Assembly (NCBI GenBank): GCA_965644495.1
Contig: CBFFSA010000073.1
Coordinates: 1-27,220, forward strand
Source: Perkinsela sp. CCAP 1560/9
Taxonomy: Eukaryota; Protista; Euglenozoa: Kinetoplastea
Length of the DNA: 27,220 nt
Direction: 5' to 3'
The translations under genes were made by a program, and so were the position numbers. Of this stretch, positions 1 through 12,200 are shown piece by piece. Position 1 is the stretch's first letter; each line of letters begins with the position of its first letter. The notes below the pieces were generated by a model that saw nothing but the letters and a program-made list of their open reading frames with translations, was not told the origin of the DNA and made no database searches.

Positions 1-124
1 AGTAAACATCTTTTCTGTCTTCAAAATACCGCTTTATTCCTGACAAAAAAGTTTTGACTCTCTGGCTCCTTTTTGAATTTCCGTCTTTTTTCTTTTGTTT
101 TGCTTCAGCCGCAAAATCTCGATT

Positions 125-2202
125 ATGGCCGCATTTCTTGAAGGCGCTACCGACTTGGACAAACTTCACAACTTGTGCAAGAAAACTCACAAAGAACAAG
201 CTGTTTGGTTTGCAAATGCTTTCTGGGATGATTTCGCTCAAGGTGAAGCTGAAAACTTGTGGCGTTTTGTTGAACATTGTGTAAACATCGACAACGCCAA
301 AGCTGAAGGAAACGAATTGGACGAAATGGAAGCTCATCGTTTCTTGGAGAAAGCTGATGAAGCTCACACTGTTTTAGAGATGCGATCTCGTTTGAGAAAA
401 ACTGGTGCTATTGGTCAAAATGAACGACCAAAAGCAGTTCCTTTGTCTCATTATTTGTTGTTCAAATATGATGCTCACAATGACAAATTGTTTCATGAGT
501 TGGTGACTCGTGCTCAAGGAGATAACCAAAAACAAATTGATGAAGCTCAAGCGAAATTAGATGCTGTTTCTGTTGCTTTTGAAGAAGCAAGTCGAACAGC
601 AGCAGCTGCATCAGCTGCTTTGAAAGAAGCTCAAAGTCGTGAAGCAGCTGCCAAGGTTTTCTTTTCCTCTTCTTTTTCCTTTTCCTCTTTTCTTGGAGCC
701 CATTTCATACTTTTTCTTTGAGTTTTATGACGATTTTGTTCATATTTTTTATAACCCTCAAACTAATTTTTTTATCAAAATAGTCAGCAGAAGCAGATGC
801 AGTGGCTGCTGAAAATGCTGCCAAAGCTCGTGAAGCAGATGCGTTAGCTCGTGAAGCTGATGCCAAAGCCCGTGAAGCTGAAGCAGTGGCTGCTGAACAA
901 GCTGCGAAATCCCGTGAAGCAGATGCGTTGGCCCGAGAAGCAGATGCCAAAGCTCGTGAAGCTGAAGCCAAAGCTGCTGAAGAAGCTGCGTTAGCCCGTG
1001 AAGCTGAAGCAAAAGCTGCTGAAGAAGCTGCATTAGCCCGTGAAGCTGAAGCTCGCCAAAAGGAAGCAGATGCCAAAGCTGCCGAACAAGCTGCTCTTGC
1101 TGCTGAATCTGAAGCCAAATCTGTTGAAGCTCAAGCTCGTGCTTCTGAAGCTGAAGCCAAGAAGAGAGACGCTGCTGCTCAACAATCTGCTGCTGATGCT
1201 CGTTCCCGAGAAGATGCTGCAAAAGCAAGTGCTGCAACTTTAGCAACTCGTGAAGAAGAAGTTCGAGCTTCACAAGCTGAATTGGAAGCTGCTCTTGCTG
1301 AAGTAAAGAAACAAGAAGATGCTTACAATGCAAAGACTGCTCAATTGAAAGCAAAAAGTGAAGATGAGAGTACTGGAGTTGTTTCTCGTAACAGAGCCAA
1401 AAATGAACTTGCTCAACATTTAGCTGAAGATCCTCTCCCTCTTCGACAAGCAAAGATCACAGCAGAAGCTGCTCTTCGAAAAGCAGAGAAAGCCACCAAA
1501 GCTGCTGCAGAAGCTCGTGGAGTTGCTGAAGGAGATGCTTCAAAGGCTGGAGAAGCTCGAAAACAAGCAGAAGCTGATGCGAATGCTGCTTCCCAAGCTC
1601 GTGCATCTGCTGAAGCTGATGCTGCTCAAGCCACTGCTGCTCGTCAAGATGCTGAGTCCACTGCTCGAGCTGCTGAACAATCTCGTGCTGCTGCTGAAGA
1701 AGCTGCTGCTCAAGCCACTGCTGCTCGTCAAGAAGCAGAAAGAAGACGTGAAGCTGCAGTTTCTGCTCGTGAAGCTGCAGTTGCTGCTCGTGAAGAAGCT
1801 GTTGCTGCTCGTGAAGCTGCTGAAGCTGCTCGTGCCCAAGCTGTTGCTGCTCGTGAAGCCGCAGAGGCTGCTCGTGCTGAAGCTGTGAGGACTCGTGAAG
1901 CTGCTGTTGCTGCTCGTGAAGAAGCTGTTGCTGCTCGTGAAGCTGCTGAGGCTGCTCGTGCCCAAGCTGTTGCTGCTCGTGAAGCTGCTGAAGCTGCTCG
2001 TGCTGATGCTGAAAAGGCAAAGGCTGCTGCTGATGCTGCTTTTGATGCTGCTGAAGCTGCTGTTGCTGAAGCTGAAGCTTATTTGGCAGAAGAAAAGAAG
2101 AAACCAGGAAATTCACATGGAGCTTTTTGGTGGATTGATCGAGAATTGCATGAGAAGAAGAAATACATGCCAATGAGAAAGGGTGGTATTGCGAAGAATT
2201 AA
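125..2202 (+). CDS. ABP34-family (actin-bundling / 'TolA-like') coiled-coil protein, copy 1; join(125..655,784..2202), 649 aa
   Basis: ATG at 125. A GT..AG intron at 656-783 joins two ORFs in frame. Motifs EQAVWFANAFW, EGNELD, YLLFKY, AKNELAQ..DPLPL..ITAEAALR and GAFWWIDRELHEKKKY resemble Dictyostelium ABP34 as I recall it. Long Ala/Glu/Arg heptad repeats. Confidence 0.85.
784..1056 (+). repeat. Variable 21-nt (heptad) repeat block of arm A in copy 1; equivalent blocks start exon 3 in every other copy
   Basis: Units SAEADAV, AAENAAK, AREADAL, AREADAK, AREAEAK, AAEEAAL. Confidence 0.85.
1747..2010 (+). repeat. Variable 21-nt (heptad) repeat block of arm B in copy 1; equivalent blocks follow RRRE in every other copy
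   Basis: Units AREAAVA, AREEAVA, AREAAEA, ARAQAVA, ARAEAVR. Confidence 0.85.
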
Positions 2203-2274
2203 GACAAAATAAATCAAAGGATGAAAACAAATTCCATTGTGTCGAAGAACTTTCGAAGCCCATCTGTTTTTTTG

Positions 2275-2399
2275 TTATTTTTAGCGTTAAAAATGATGAT
2301 GTCACACAATCTTCATTTTCTTTTTTTGCGTTTTTCTCTCTCTTGTTTTCTCTCTTCTTTTTTGTTGGAGTTTGAAAATCGATTCTTTCTTTCATCATG
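2275..2399 (+). repeat. 5' flank of copy 2, duplicated upstream of copy 4 (~6960-7084)
   Basis: Near-identical ttatttttagcgttaaaaatgatgatgtcacacaatc...ttcatcatg at both places. Confidence 0.85.
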
Positions 2400-4482
2400 T
2401 CTTCTAAATCACCATTCTTGGAAGGTGCTACTGACCTTGATAAACTTCATGACTTGTGCAAGAGGTTTTTCTCTTCTTTCTCTTTCTCTTTTCTATTTCT
2501 TTTCTCTTTTTCCTGATTTCTTCGATTTTCTCTTTTGTTTTTTGAATGTTGAATGAATTATGAAGTAACTCCAACTTTTTCCCTTCAAAAGAACTCACAA
2601 AGAACAAGCTGTTTGGTTTGCAAATGCTTTCTGGGATGATTTCGCTCAAGGTGAAGCCGAAAACTTGTGGCGTTTTGTTGAACATTGTGTAAACATCGAC
2701 AACGCCAAAGCTGAAGGAAACGAATTGGATGAAATGGAAGCTCATCGTTTCTTGGAGAAAGCTGATGAAGCTCACACTGTTTTGGAGATGCGATCTCGTT
2801 TGAGAAAAACTGGTGCTATTGGTCAAAATGAACGACCAAAAGCAGTTCCTTTGTCTCATTATTTGTTGTTCAAATATGATGCTCACAATGACAAATTGTT
2901 TCATGAGTTGGTGACTCGCACTCAAGGAGATAACCAAAAACAAATTGATGAAGCTCAAGCAAAATTAGATGCTGTTTCTGTTGCTTTTGAAGAAGCAAGT
3001 CGAACAGCAGCAGCTGCATCAGCTGCTTTGAAAGAAGCTCAAAGTCGTGAAGCAGCTGCCAAGGTTTTCTTTTCCTCTTTCTTGCTCATTTTTCTCTCCT
3101 TTCTTACTTCTCTCCTTTCCTTTTTCTTTGAGTTTTCTGATTTTTGTTTATATTTCTCTTATGACCTTCAAACTAATTTTTTATCAAAATAGTCAGCAGA
3201 AGCAGATGCAGTGGCTGCTGAAAATGCTGCCAAAGCTCGTGAAGCTGATGCGTTAGCCCGAGAAGCTGATGCCAAAGCTCGTGAAGCAGACGCAGTGGCT
3301 GCTGAAAACGCTGCCAAATCCCGTGAAGCAGATGCGTTAGCCCGCGAAGCAGAAGCAAAAGCTGCTGAAGAAGCTGCGTTAGCCCGTGAAGCTGAAGCTC
3401 GCCAAAAGGAAGCTGACGCCAAAGCTGCCGAACAAGCTGCTCTTGCTGCTGAATCTGAAGCCAAATCTGTTGAAGCTCAAGCTCGTGCTTCTGAAGCTGA
3501 AGCTAAGAAGAGAGACGCTGCTGCTCAACAATCTGCTGCTGATGCTCGCTCCCGAGAAGATGCTGCAAAAGCAAGTGCTGCAACTTTAGCAACTCGTGAA
3601 GAAGAAGTTCGAGCTTCACAAGCTGAATTGGAAGCTGCTCTTGCTGAAGTGAAGAAACAAGAAGATGCTTACAATGCAAAGACTGCTCAATTGAAAGCAA
3701 AAAGTGAAGATGAGAGTACTGGAGTTGTTTCTCGTAACAGAGCGAAAAATGAACTTGCTCAACATTTAGCTGAAGATCCTCTTCCTCTTCGACAAGCAAA
3801 GATCACAGCAGAAGCTGCTCTTCGAAAAGCAGAGAAAGCAACCAAAGCTGCTGCAGAAGCTCGTGGAGTTGCTGAAGGAGATGCTTCAAAGGCTGGAGAA
3901 GCTCGAAAACAAGCAGAAGCTGATGCAAATGCTGCTTCCCAAGCTCGTGCATCTGCTGAAGCTGATGCTGCTCAAGCCACTGCTGCTCGTGAACAAGCTG
4001 AGTCCACTGCGCGAGCTGCTGAGCAATCTCGTGCTGCTGCTGAAGAAGCTGCTGCTCAAGCCACTGCTGCTCGTCAAGAAGCAGAAAGAAGACGTGAAGC
4101 TGCTGTTTCTGCTCGTGAAGAAGCTGTTGCTGCCCGTGAGGCTGCTGAGGCTGCTCGTGCCCAAGCGGTTTCTGCTCGTGAAGCTGCTGTTGCTGCTCGT
4201 GAAGAAGCTGTTGCTGCTCGTGAAGCTGCTGAGGCTGCTCGTGCTGAAGCTGTTGCTGCTCGTGAAGCTGCTGAAGCTGCTCGTGCTGATGCTGAAAAGG
4301 CAAAGGCTGCTGCTGATGCTGCTGTTGATGCTGCTGAAGCTGCTGTTGCTGAGGCTGAAGCATTTTTGGCAGAAGAAAAGAAGAAACCAGGAAGTTCACA
4401 TGGAGCTTTGTGGTGGATTGATCGAGAATTGCATGAGAAGAAGAAATACATGCCAATGAGAAAGGGTGGTATTTCTAAGTAA
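2397..4482 (+). CDS. ABP34-family coiled-coil protein, copy 2; join(2397..2464,2592..3063,3193..4482), 609 aa
   Basis: MSSKSPFLEGATDL start. Two GT..AG introns restore a frame colinear with copy 1. Same motifs. Confidence 0.85.
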
Positions 4483-4592
4483 AAAAATGAATTTCGACAA
4501 AATAAACTTAAGAATTCAACCCATTCCATATTATGTGAAAATTCAGCCACCTTTGATCAATTTAATCGCAGATTGTTTGGCAAATTGAAGAT

Positions 4593-4805
4593 AGATTTGG
4601 CAGTATTTGTTTCATGAAATAAACTTTATGATTTTTGGAAAACAGTGCGAGGAACAATTTGTCTGCAAAGCTCGTTTTGTGGGGTTTAAAAAATAGAGAC
4701 CTAAAATAAATGGGGTGTTGACGTCACACAATCTTCATTTTCTTTTTTGCGTTTTTCTCTCTCTTGTCTCTCTCTCTTCCGTTTGCGAGATTATTTTTGA
4801 TCATG
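4593..4805 (+). repeat. 5' flank of copy 3, near-identical inverted copy at 18181-18391 upstream of copy 5
   Basis: agatttggcagtatttgtttcatg...gattatttttgatcatg matches the reverse complement of 18181-18391. Confidence 0.9.
4719..4726. promoter_or_regulatory. CRE-like palindrome TGACGTCA ~77 bp upstream of copy 3 ATG (also 18258-18265; TGATGTCA variants at 2297-2304 and 6982-6989)
   Basis: Exact bZIP CRE consensus at the upstream edge of the block shared by the two promoter types. Function not shown. Confidence 0.35.
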
Positions 4806-6828
4806 TCTTCTAAATCACCATTCTTGGAAGGTGCTACTGACCTTGATAAACTTCATGACTTGTGCAAGAGGTTTTTTCTCTTCTTTCTCTTCTTTCTCTT
4901 CTTCTTTCTCTTTTCTCTTTCTTTTCTCTTTTCCCAATTTCTTCGCTTTTTCTTTTTTTTTGAGTGTTGAGTGAATTATGAAGTAACTCCAACTTTTTTC
5001 CTTCAAAAGAACTCACAAAGAACAAGCTGTTTGGTTTGCAAATGCTTTCTGGGATGATTTCGCTCAAGGTGAAGCCGAAAACTTGTGGCGTTTTGTTGAA
5101 CATTGTGTAAACATCGACAACGCCAAAGCTGAAGGAAACGAATTGGATGAAATGGAAGCTCATCGTTTCTTGGAGAAAGCTGATGAAGCTCACACTGTTT
5201 TGGAGATGCGATCTCGTTTGAGAAAGACTGGTGCTATTGGTCAAAATGAACGACCAAAAGCAGTTCCTTTGTCTCATTATTTGTTGTTCAAATATGATGC
5301 TCACAATGACAAATTGTTTCATGAGTTGGTGACTCGTGCTCAAGGAGATAACCAAAAACAAATTGATGAAGCTCAAGCAAAATTGGATGCTGTTTCTTCT
5401 GCTTTTGAAGAAGCAAGTCGAACAGCAGCAGCTGCATCAGCTGCTTTGAAAGAAGCTCAAAGTCGTGAAGCAGCTGCCAAGGTTTTCTTTTCCTCTTCTT
5501 TTTCCACTTTCTTGCCCATTTTCTTTTTCTTTTTCTTTTTCTCATTTTTTTGTTGATTTTCCTTTTGTTTTTGGCTCTATTCACAGTCTTCATCTTTCAC
5601 TTCTTTCCTTTTCCTTTCCCCTTCTTTCCTTTTCTTTTGAGAAATCTCACTTTTGGCCTTATAGTCAGCAGAAGCAGATGCAGTGGCTGCTGAAAACGCT
5701 GCCAAAGCCCGAGAAGCAGATGCGTTAGCTCGTGAAGCTGATGCCAAAGCCCGTGAAGCTGAAGCAAAAGCTGCTGAAGAAGCTGCATTAGCCCGTGAAG
5801 CTGAAGCTCGCCAAAAAGAAGCAGATGCCAAAGCTGCCGAACAAGCTGCTCTTGCTGCTGAATCTGAAGCCAAATCTGTTGAAGCTCAAGCTCGTGCTTC
5901 TGAAGCTGAAGCTAAGAAGAGTGAAGCTGCTGCTCAACAATCTGCTGCTGATGCTCGCTCCCGAGAAGATGCTGCGAAAGCAAGTGCTGCAACTTTGGCA
6001 ACTCGTGAAGAAGAAGTTCGAGCTTCTCAAGCTGAATTAGAAGCTGCTCTTGCTGAAGTAAAGAAACAAGAAGATGCTTACAATGCAAAGACTGCTCAAT
6101 TGAAAGCGAAAAGTGAAGATGAGAGTACTGGAGTTGTTTCTCGGAACAGAGCCAAAAACGAACTTGCTCAACATTTAGCTGAAGATCCTCTTCCTCTTCG
6201 TCAAGCAAAGATCACAGCAGAAGCTGCTCTTCGAAAAGCAGAGAAAGCCACCAAAGCTGCTGCAGAAGCTCGTGGAGTTGCTGAAGGAGATGCTTCAAAG
6301 GCTGGAGAAGCTCGAAAACAAGCAGAAGCTGATGCGAATGCTGCTTCCCAAGCTCGTGCATCTGCTGAAGCTGATGCTGCGAAAGCAACTGCAGCTCGTC
6401 AAGATGCTGAAGCTTCAGCTCGAGCAGCAGAAGCAAGTCGGGCAGCAGCAGAAGCAGCAGCAAACCAAGCTACTGAATCTCGAAAAGAAGCAGAAAGAAG
6501 ACGTGAAGCTGCTGTTTCTGCTCGTGAAGCTGCAGTTGCTGCTCGTGAAGAAGCTGTGCGATCACGTGAAGCTGCTGAAGCTGCTCGTGCCCAAGCTGTT
6601 GCTGCTCGTGAAGCTGCTGAAGCTGCTCGTGCTGATGCTGAAAAGGCAAAAGCTGCTGCTGATGCTGCTGTTGATGCTGCTGAAGCTGCTGTTGCTGAAG
6701 CTGAAGCATTTTTGGCAGAAGAGAAAAAGAAACCAGGAAACTCACATGGAGCTTTGTGGTGGATTGATCGAGAATTGCATGAGAAGAAGAAATACATGCC
6801 AATGAGAAAGGGTGGTATTGCTAAGTAA
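4803..6828 (+). CDS. ABP34-family coiled-coil protein, copy 3; join(4803..4870,5010..5481,5665..6828), 567 aa
   Basis: Same 68-nt and 472-nt first exons as copy 2, GT..AG introns, intact frame. Confidence 0.85.
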
Positions 6829-7081
6829 ATCTCACCTTCAAAGCAATAAAATATGAATTAAGACAAAATAAATTAAATCATTTAAGAACAAGACAATTAA
6901 AAGCAAATTCCATATCCAGGGTGCCGGAAAAGGTCAACCTTTCTGTCTTTTTTGTTCAATTATTTTTAGCGTTAAAAATGATGATGTCACACAATCTTCA
7001 TTTTCTTTTTTTGCGTTTTTCTCTCTCTTGTTTTCTCTCTTCTTTTTTGTTGGAGTTTGAAAATCGATTCTTTCTTTCATC

Positions 7082-9059
7082 ATGTCTTCTAAATCACCAT
7101 TCTTGGAAGGTGCTACTGACCTTGATAAACTTCATGACTTGTGCAAGAGGTTTTTCTCTTCTTTCTCTTCTTTCTCTTCTTTCTCTTTTCTATTTCTTTT
7201 CTCTTTTCCCAATTTCTTCTCTTTTTGATTTTTTTTTCATCTTTTTAATTGTGAAGTAACCTGACCAACAAAATTATGATCTTCTTTTTCAAGAACCCAC
7301 AAAGAACAAGCTGTTTGGTTTGCAAATGCTTTCTGGGATGATTTCGCCAAGGGTGAAGCCGAAAACTTGTGGCGTTTTGTTGAACATTGTGTAAACATTG
7401 ACAATGCCAAAGCTGAAGGAAACGAATTGGATGAAATGGAAGCTCATCGTTTCTTGGAGAAAGCTGATGAAGCTCATACTGTTTTAGAAATGCGATCTCG
7501 TTTGAGAAAGACTGGTGCTATTGGTCAAAATGAACGACCAAAAGCAGTTCCTTTGTCTCATTATTTGTTGTTCAAATATGATGCTCACAATGACAAATTG
7601 TTTCATGAGTTGGTGACTCGTGCTCAAGGAGATAACCAAAAACAAATTGATGAAGCTCAAGCGAAATTAGATGCTGTTTCTTCTGCTTTTGAGGAAGCAA
7701 GTCGAACAGCAGCAGCTGCATCAGCTGCTTTGAAAGAAGCTCAAAGTCGTGAAGCAGCTGCCAAGGTTTTCTTTTCCTCTTTTTTTCTTTGAATCATCTT
7801 TTTCTTTTTTTCCCTTTTTCTTTTCATTCCTCTCCATCTAATGATTGTAACAGTCAGCAGAAGCAGATGCAGTGGCTGCTGAAAATGCTGCCAAAGCTCG
7901 TGAAGCTGATGCCAAAGCCCGAGAGGCAGATGCGTTAGCTCGTGAAGCTGATGCCAAAGCCCGTGAAGCTGAAGCAAAAGCTGCTGAAGAAGCTGCATTA
8001 GCCCGTGAAGCTGAAGCTCGCCAAAAGGAAGCTGACGCCAAAGCTGCTGAACAAGCTGCTCTTGCTGCTGAATCTGAAGCCAAATCTGTTGAAGCTCAAG
8101 CTCGTGCTTCTGAAGCTGAAGCCAAGAAAAGTGAAGCTGCTGCTCAACAATCTGCTGCTGATGCTCGCTCCCGAGAAGATGCTGCAAAAGCAAGTGCTGC
8201 AACTTTGGCAACTCGTGAAGAAGAAGTTCGAGCTTCTCAAGCTGAATTGGAAGCTGCTCTTGCTGAAGTAAAGAAACAAGAAGATGCTTACAATGCAAAG
8301 ACTGCTCAATTGAAAGCGAAAAGTGAAGATGAGAGTACTGGAGTTGTTTCTCGTAACAGAGCCAAAAATGAACTTGCTCAACATTTAGCTGAAGATCCTC
8401 TCCCTCTTCGTCAAGCAAAGATCACAGCAGAAGCTGCTCTTCGAAAAGCAGAGAAAGCAACCAAAGCTGCTGCAGAAGCTCGTGGAGTTGCTGAAGGAGA
8501 TGCTGCGAAAGCTGGAGAAGCTCGAAAACAAGCAGAAGCTGATGCGAATGCTGCTTCCCAAGCTCGAGCGTCTGCTGAAGCTGATGCTGCGAAAGCGACT
8601 GCTGCTCGTCAAGATGCTGAAGCTTCAGCTCGAGCAGCAGAAGCAAGTCGGGCAGCAGCAGAAGCAGCAGCAAACCAAGCTACTGAATCTCGAAAAGAAG
8701 CAGAAAGAAGACGTGAAGCTGCTGTTTCTGCCCGTGAAACTGCGGTTTCTGCTCGTGAGGCTGCAGTTGCTGCTCGTGAAGAAGCTGTGCGATCACGTGA
8801 AGCTGCTGAAGCTGCTCGTGCTGAAGCTGTTGCTGCTCGACAAGCTGCTGAAGCTGCTCGTGCTGATGCTGAAAAGGCAAAGGCAGTTGCTGATGCTGCT
8901 GTTGATGCTGCTGAAGCTGCTGTTGCTGAAGCTGAAGCATTTTTGGAAGAAGAGAAAAAGAAACCAGGAAACTCACATGGAGCTTTGTGGTGGATTGATC
9001 GAGAATTGCATGAGAAGAAGAAATACATGCCAATGAGAAAGGGTGGTATTGCTAAGTAA
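7082..9059 (+). CDS. ABP34-family coiled-coil protein, copy 4; join(7082..7149,7294..7765,7854..9059), 581 aa
   Basis: Same exon structure and motifs as copies 2 and 3, intact frame. Confidence 0.85.
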
Positions 9060-9277
9060 ATCTCACCTTTAAATAAAAAATCTTCCAATAAAATGAATTA
9101 AAATAAAATCTTATTCAGGCATTTTTTATGTGCATCTTTTTTGATGGCAGTGGCAGAAAAAATGAGAAATAATCACACAAGAAATATTCTACAAGTCGAA
9201 TTGCATTTATTGTTTGCAATCAAGATAAATTGATAAACCCCAAAAAACCAATTTTGTGGTCTCACCACAAGATCTCC

Positions 9278-12200
9278 CTATTTTTCTTCTTCAGGAGGAT
9301 TTGTAATTTCTGAAGAAGGAGAGGGTGGAGGGGATGCTCCGCTTGGAAAACTTGAGTTTTGCATTGGAGTTGGATAAGGACCTAAAGACAAAGGTGTGAG
9401 AAAGAAAAGAATGAAAGAGACCATTTTCAAAGAAGAATACCACGAGAGTAATGGTTGTGATAATTTGACCTCAAATAATAGAGATTTGAAGTTGAACTTC
9501 TGCTCCAAACAAGAAAAGTTAAATAAAGAGATCAAGTAAAAAGCAAACAAACAAATCAAAGAACCCTATGACATGTGGATGTGGATGTGAGAAACGCTCG
9601 GGTGGGTACACTGTTTATTTGTTTTCAAAAAAAAAATTGAAGAGAAAGGATACCAAAAGAAAATACAAACCACCAGGACGCAAAACTCCTCGCTTTTGAC
9701 CTAAACCCCACAATCAAAAAAAATTAATAAGAGAGAACAAGAAGAATTTCAAACAAATTAAGAGAGCAAGAACCTGGAACTCCTGGAGAGGGTGATTCAG
9801 GTGGAGGATATGACCCTAGAAATTAAATAATTGAATCAATTATTGATTAAAATTGAGTGAGAGAGAAAACAAAGAAACACAAAACAACATCATTTTATCA
9901 GTGGGAAACATGAAATCAAAAAAGAAGGGAAGAAAAAAGAAAAAGAAAAAAGAGAGAGAGATAAAAAAGAAAGAGTTTCAACCTGAGGGAATGACAGAAG
10001 GGGGAGTGTAAACTGATGAAGTGTATGGCGTTGGATTGATAAAAGAAGGATGAAATCCGGATCCAATTTTTGGGCCATTCTGAGAATTATACGGAGATGG
10101 TGTTGTAGAAGAAGAAGCCGAAGATGCTGTGGAGGAAGAGGTAGATGAAGAAGAGGCTGAAGAAGATGCTGTGGTTGAAGGAGAGGTTGAAGAGGTTGAA
10201 GCGGCTGTCGAGGAAGACAAAGAAGAGGGAAGAGGCGCAGCTCCTCCTGAGGCCAATGAAGGAGTTGCTGAAAGTGATGTTGAAGAACTAGAAAAAGAGG
10301 TTGGAGCAAAAGACGAAGAAGATGAAATTGGTGCCCCAGTTCCAGATGCAGAAAGAGAAGGAGAGGATGAAGAAGAAATTGGGGTATAAGAAGGAGAGGA
10401 TGGTAAAGAAGAAGAAGAAGATGGAGGAGGAACAGAAAGGTAATTGGCTGAATATCTCCTATCAGAATAAGTTGAAGATGGTGGTGTTGGTGAAGTTGAT
10501 GGTGTTATATTTGATGGGTTTGATTGATTTGATGGATTTGATGGATTTGATGGGTTTGTTGATGAAGTCAATGATGGTGTAAATGAAGGAGTTGTTGAGG
10601 AAGAAGAAAGAGTTGAATTGGGTGGTGCTACGGACCCTGTTTGTTGGAGAGATGAGGGATGAGGAGAGGGTGGTGATTTGTTCGCAGAGCGATAGGCACC
10701 AACTGGTGATCTTGTTGGTGGTGTTGGTGATGGGGCTGGTGTCGGAGCTGGCGAAGCGACTGAAGATCGGGATGATGAAACTGAAATGGATGTTCTTGGG
10801 TGTGACGATGAGCTTGTTGTGGGTGCTGTGGTTGAAGGAGGGGGATATCCTGGCCCTAAAAGTGAGGTGGGATTAATGAATTTTAAAAAAAGAGAAAAAA
10901 AAGGAGTGATTTTCGAAAAATAAGAAAAGAAAATGTTTAAAAAACCAGAAGTCGTCGCAGCATCAGTGGAAGAGAGCTTCATTTTTGAGATTGCCATCAA
11001 GTTTGTTCCTCTCTCTCTTCCTGCTGCTGCGTGCCCACCAGGCCCATAAGAACCACCACTTGAACCACTTGAAAAAGCAAAAGAACCTTTAGTGGTTCCT
11101 GTTGTTGCTGTTTTTGTTGTTGCCAAAGAAGTGGATGATGTTGTCCCAGTTCCAGAAGTGGTTGTGGAAATAGCGGGAGTAGAAGAAGTGGATGGTGTTG
11201 TTGAGGAAGAAGGAGTAGAAGAAGTGAGAAAATGGGGAGAAGAAGAATAAGAAGCATATTTCTTTCCCATCTTTTCTGGAGGGGCTGAGGGGAGGAGAGA
11301 GGATGGTTGTGGGGGAGGAGATGGTGACGGGTGAGATGAAGAAGAAAAAGAAGAAGAGAATGAGCCAGTAGATGATCTGAAGTAAGATGAGGAAGAAGAG
11401 TTTGGGCCAGGATTGGAAGAGGGGTTGGTTGGAGGGAGGGGGGTTGAAGAAGAGAGAGATGAGTTTGATGAATAGGATGAGAAAGAGGGAGAAGAATCAG
11501 AAAGGAAATTTGTTGTTGTTCCCACAGAAGAAGAATTCGTTGTTGGAGTGGCGTTCAAGGAAGAAGAGGTTGAAGAAGAACCCGAAGAGGAGGAGGAAGA
11601 AGAATAAGAGGAATAAGGTAAAGAATATGAATTTGGGTTTGTTGAGGATGTTGTTGGGCGAGAATAAGAGAGATACCCTGAAGAGGAGAGTGAGGGGGAA
11701 AGAGAAGGAGATTGAGAGGATTGAGATGAAAGGTAAGAAGAAGAAACAAAAGAGACTTGGTGGGGAGCGGTTGAAGAAGAGAGAGAAGAAGGAACAGTCG
11801 TAGAAGAAGAAGAAGAAGAATTGGAAGAAGAGGTAGAAGAGGAAGAGACAGAAGAATAAGGGGGAAGTGGAGCATGCGAGAGAGAATGAGAGTTCGCCGG
11901 TGACGGATTCATAGGAGCTGTGGAACCATTTGAAGAAGACAAAGAAGAAGAAGGAGTTGAAAAAACAGGAGAATAAGGAACAGAATATGCAGAAGAGTAA
12001 GGATGAAAAGGGAGAGAGTGAGCTCTTTCAGTGAAAAATGCTCCTCCTCCTCCGACGTGTTTTCGCATTTGCGTTTTTGATGGTGGAAGAGAAGAGGAAT
12101 GGGAAAGAGAGGGAGGGATTGCTGAAGGGTGGTGTGGAGAAGCAAGAGGTGGAATAGGAAGAAAAGGCGAATAAGAAACATAAGAAGGATAATGAGGAGA

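Noticed and set aside
784-2100. Bacterial TolA, phage tail fibre or tape-measure annotation; CRISPR-like periodicity
   Set aside because: Similarity is only compositional. The genes have spliceosomal introns, and the repeats are coding 21-mers without unique spacers.
705-9088. Long antisense and alternate-frame ORFs (poly-Q/L/H, poly-L/K, ASRA-rich) over the repeat genes
   Set aside because: Shadows of GCT/GAA/CGT codon repetition, which lacks stops in other frames. They track the real CDS exactly.
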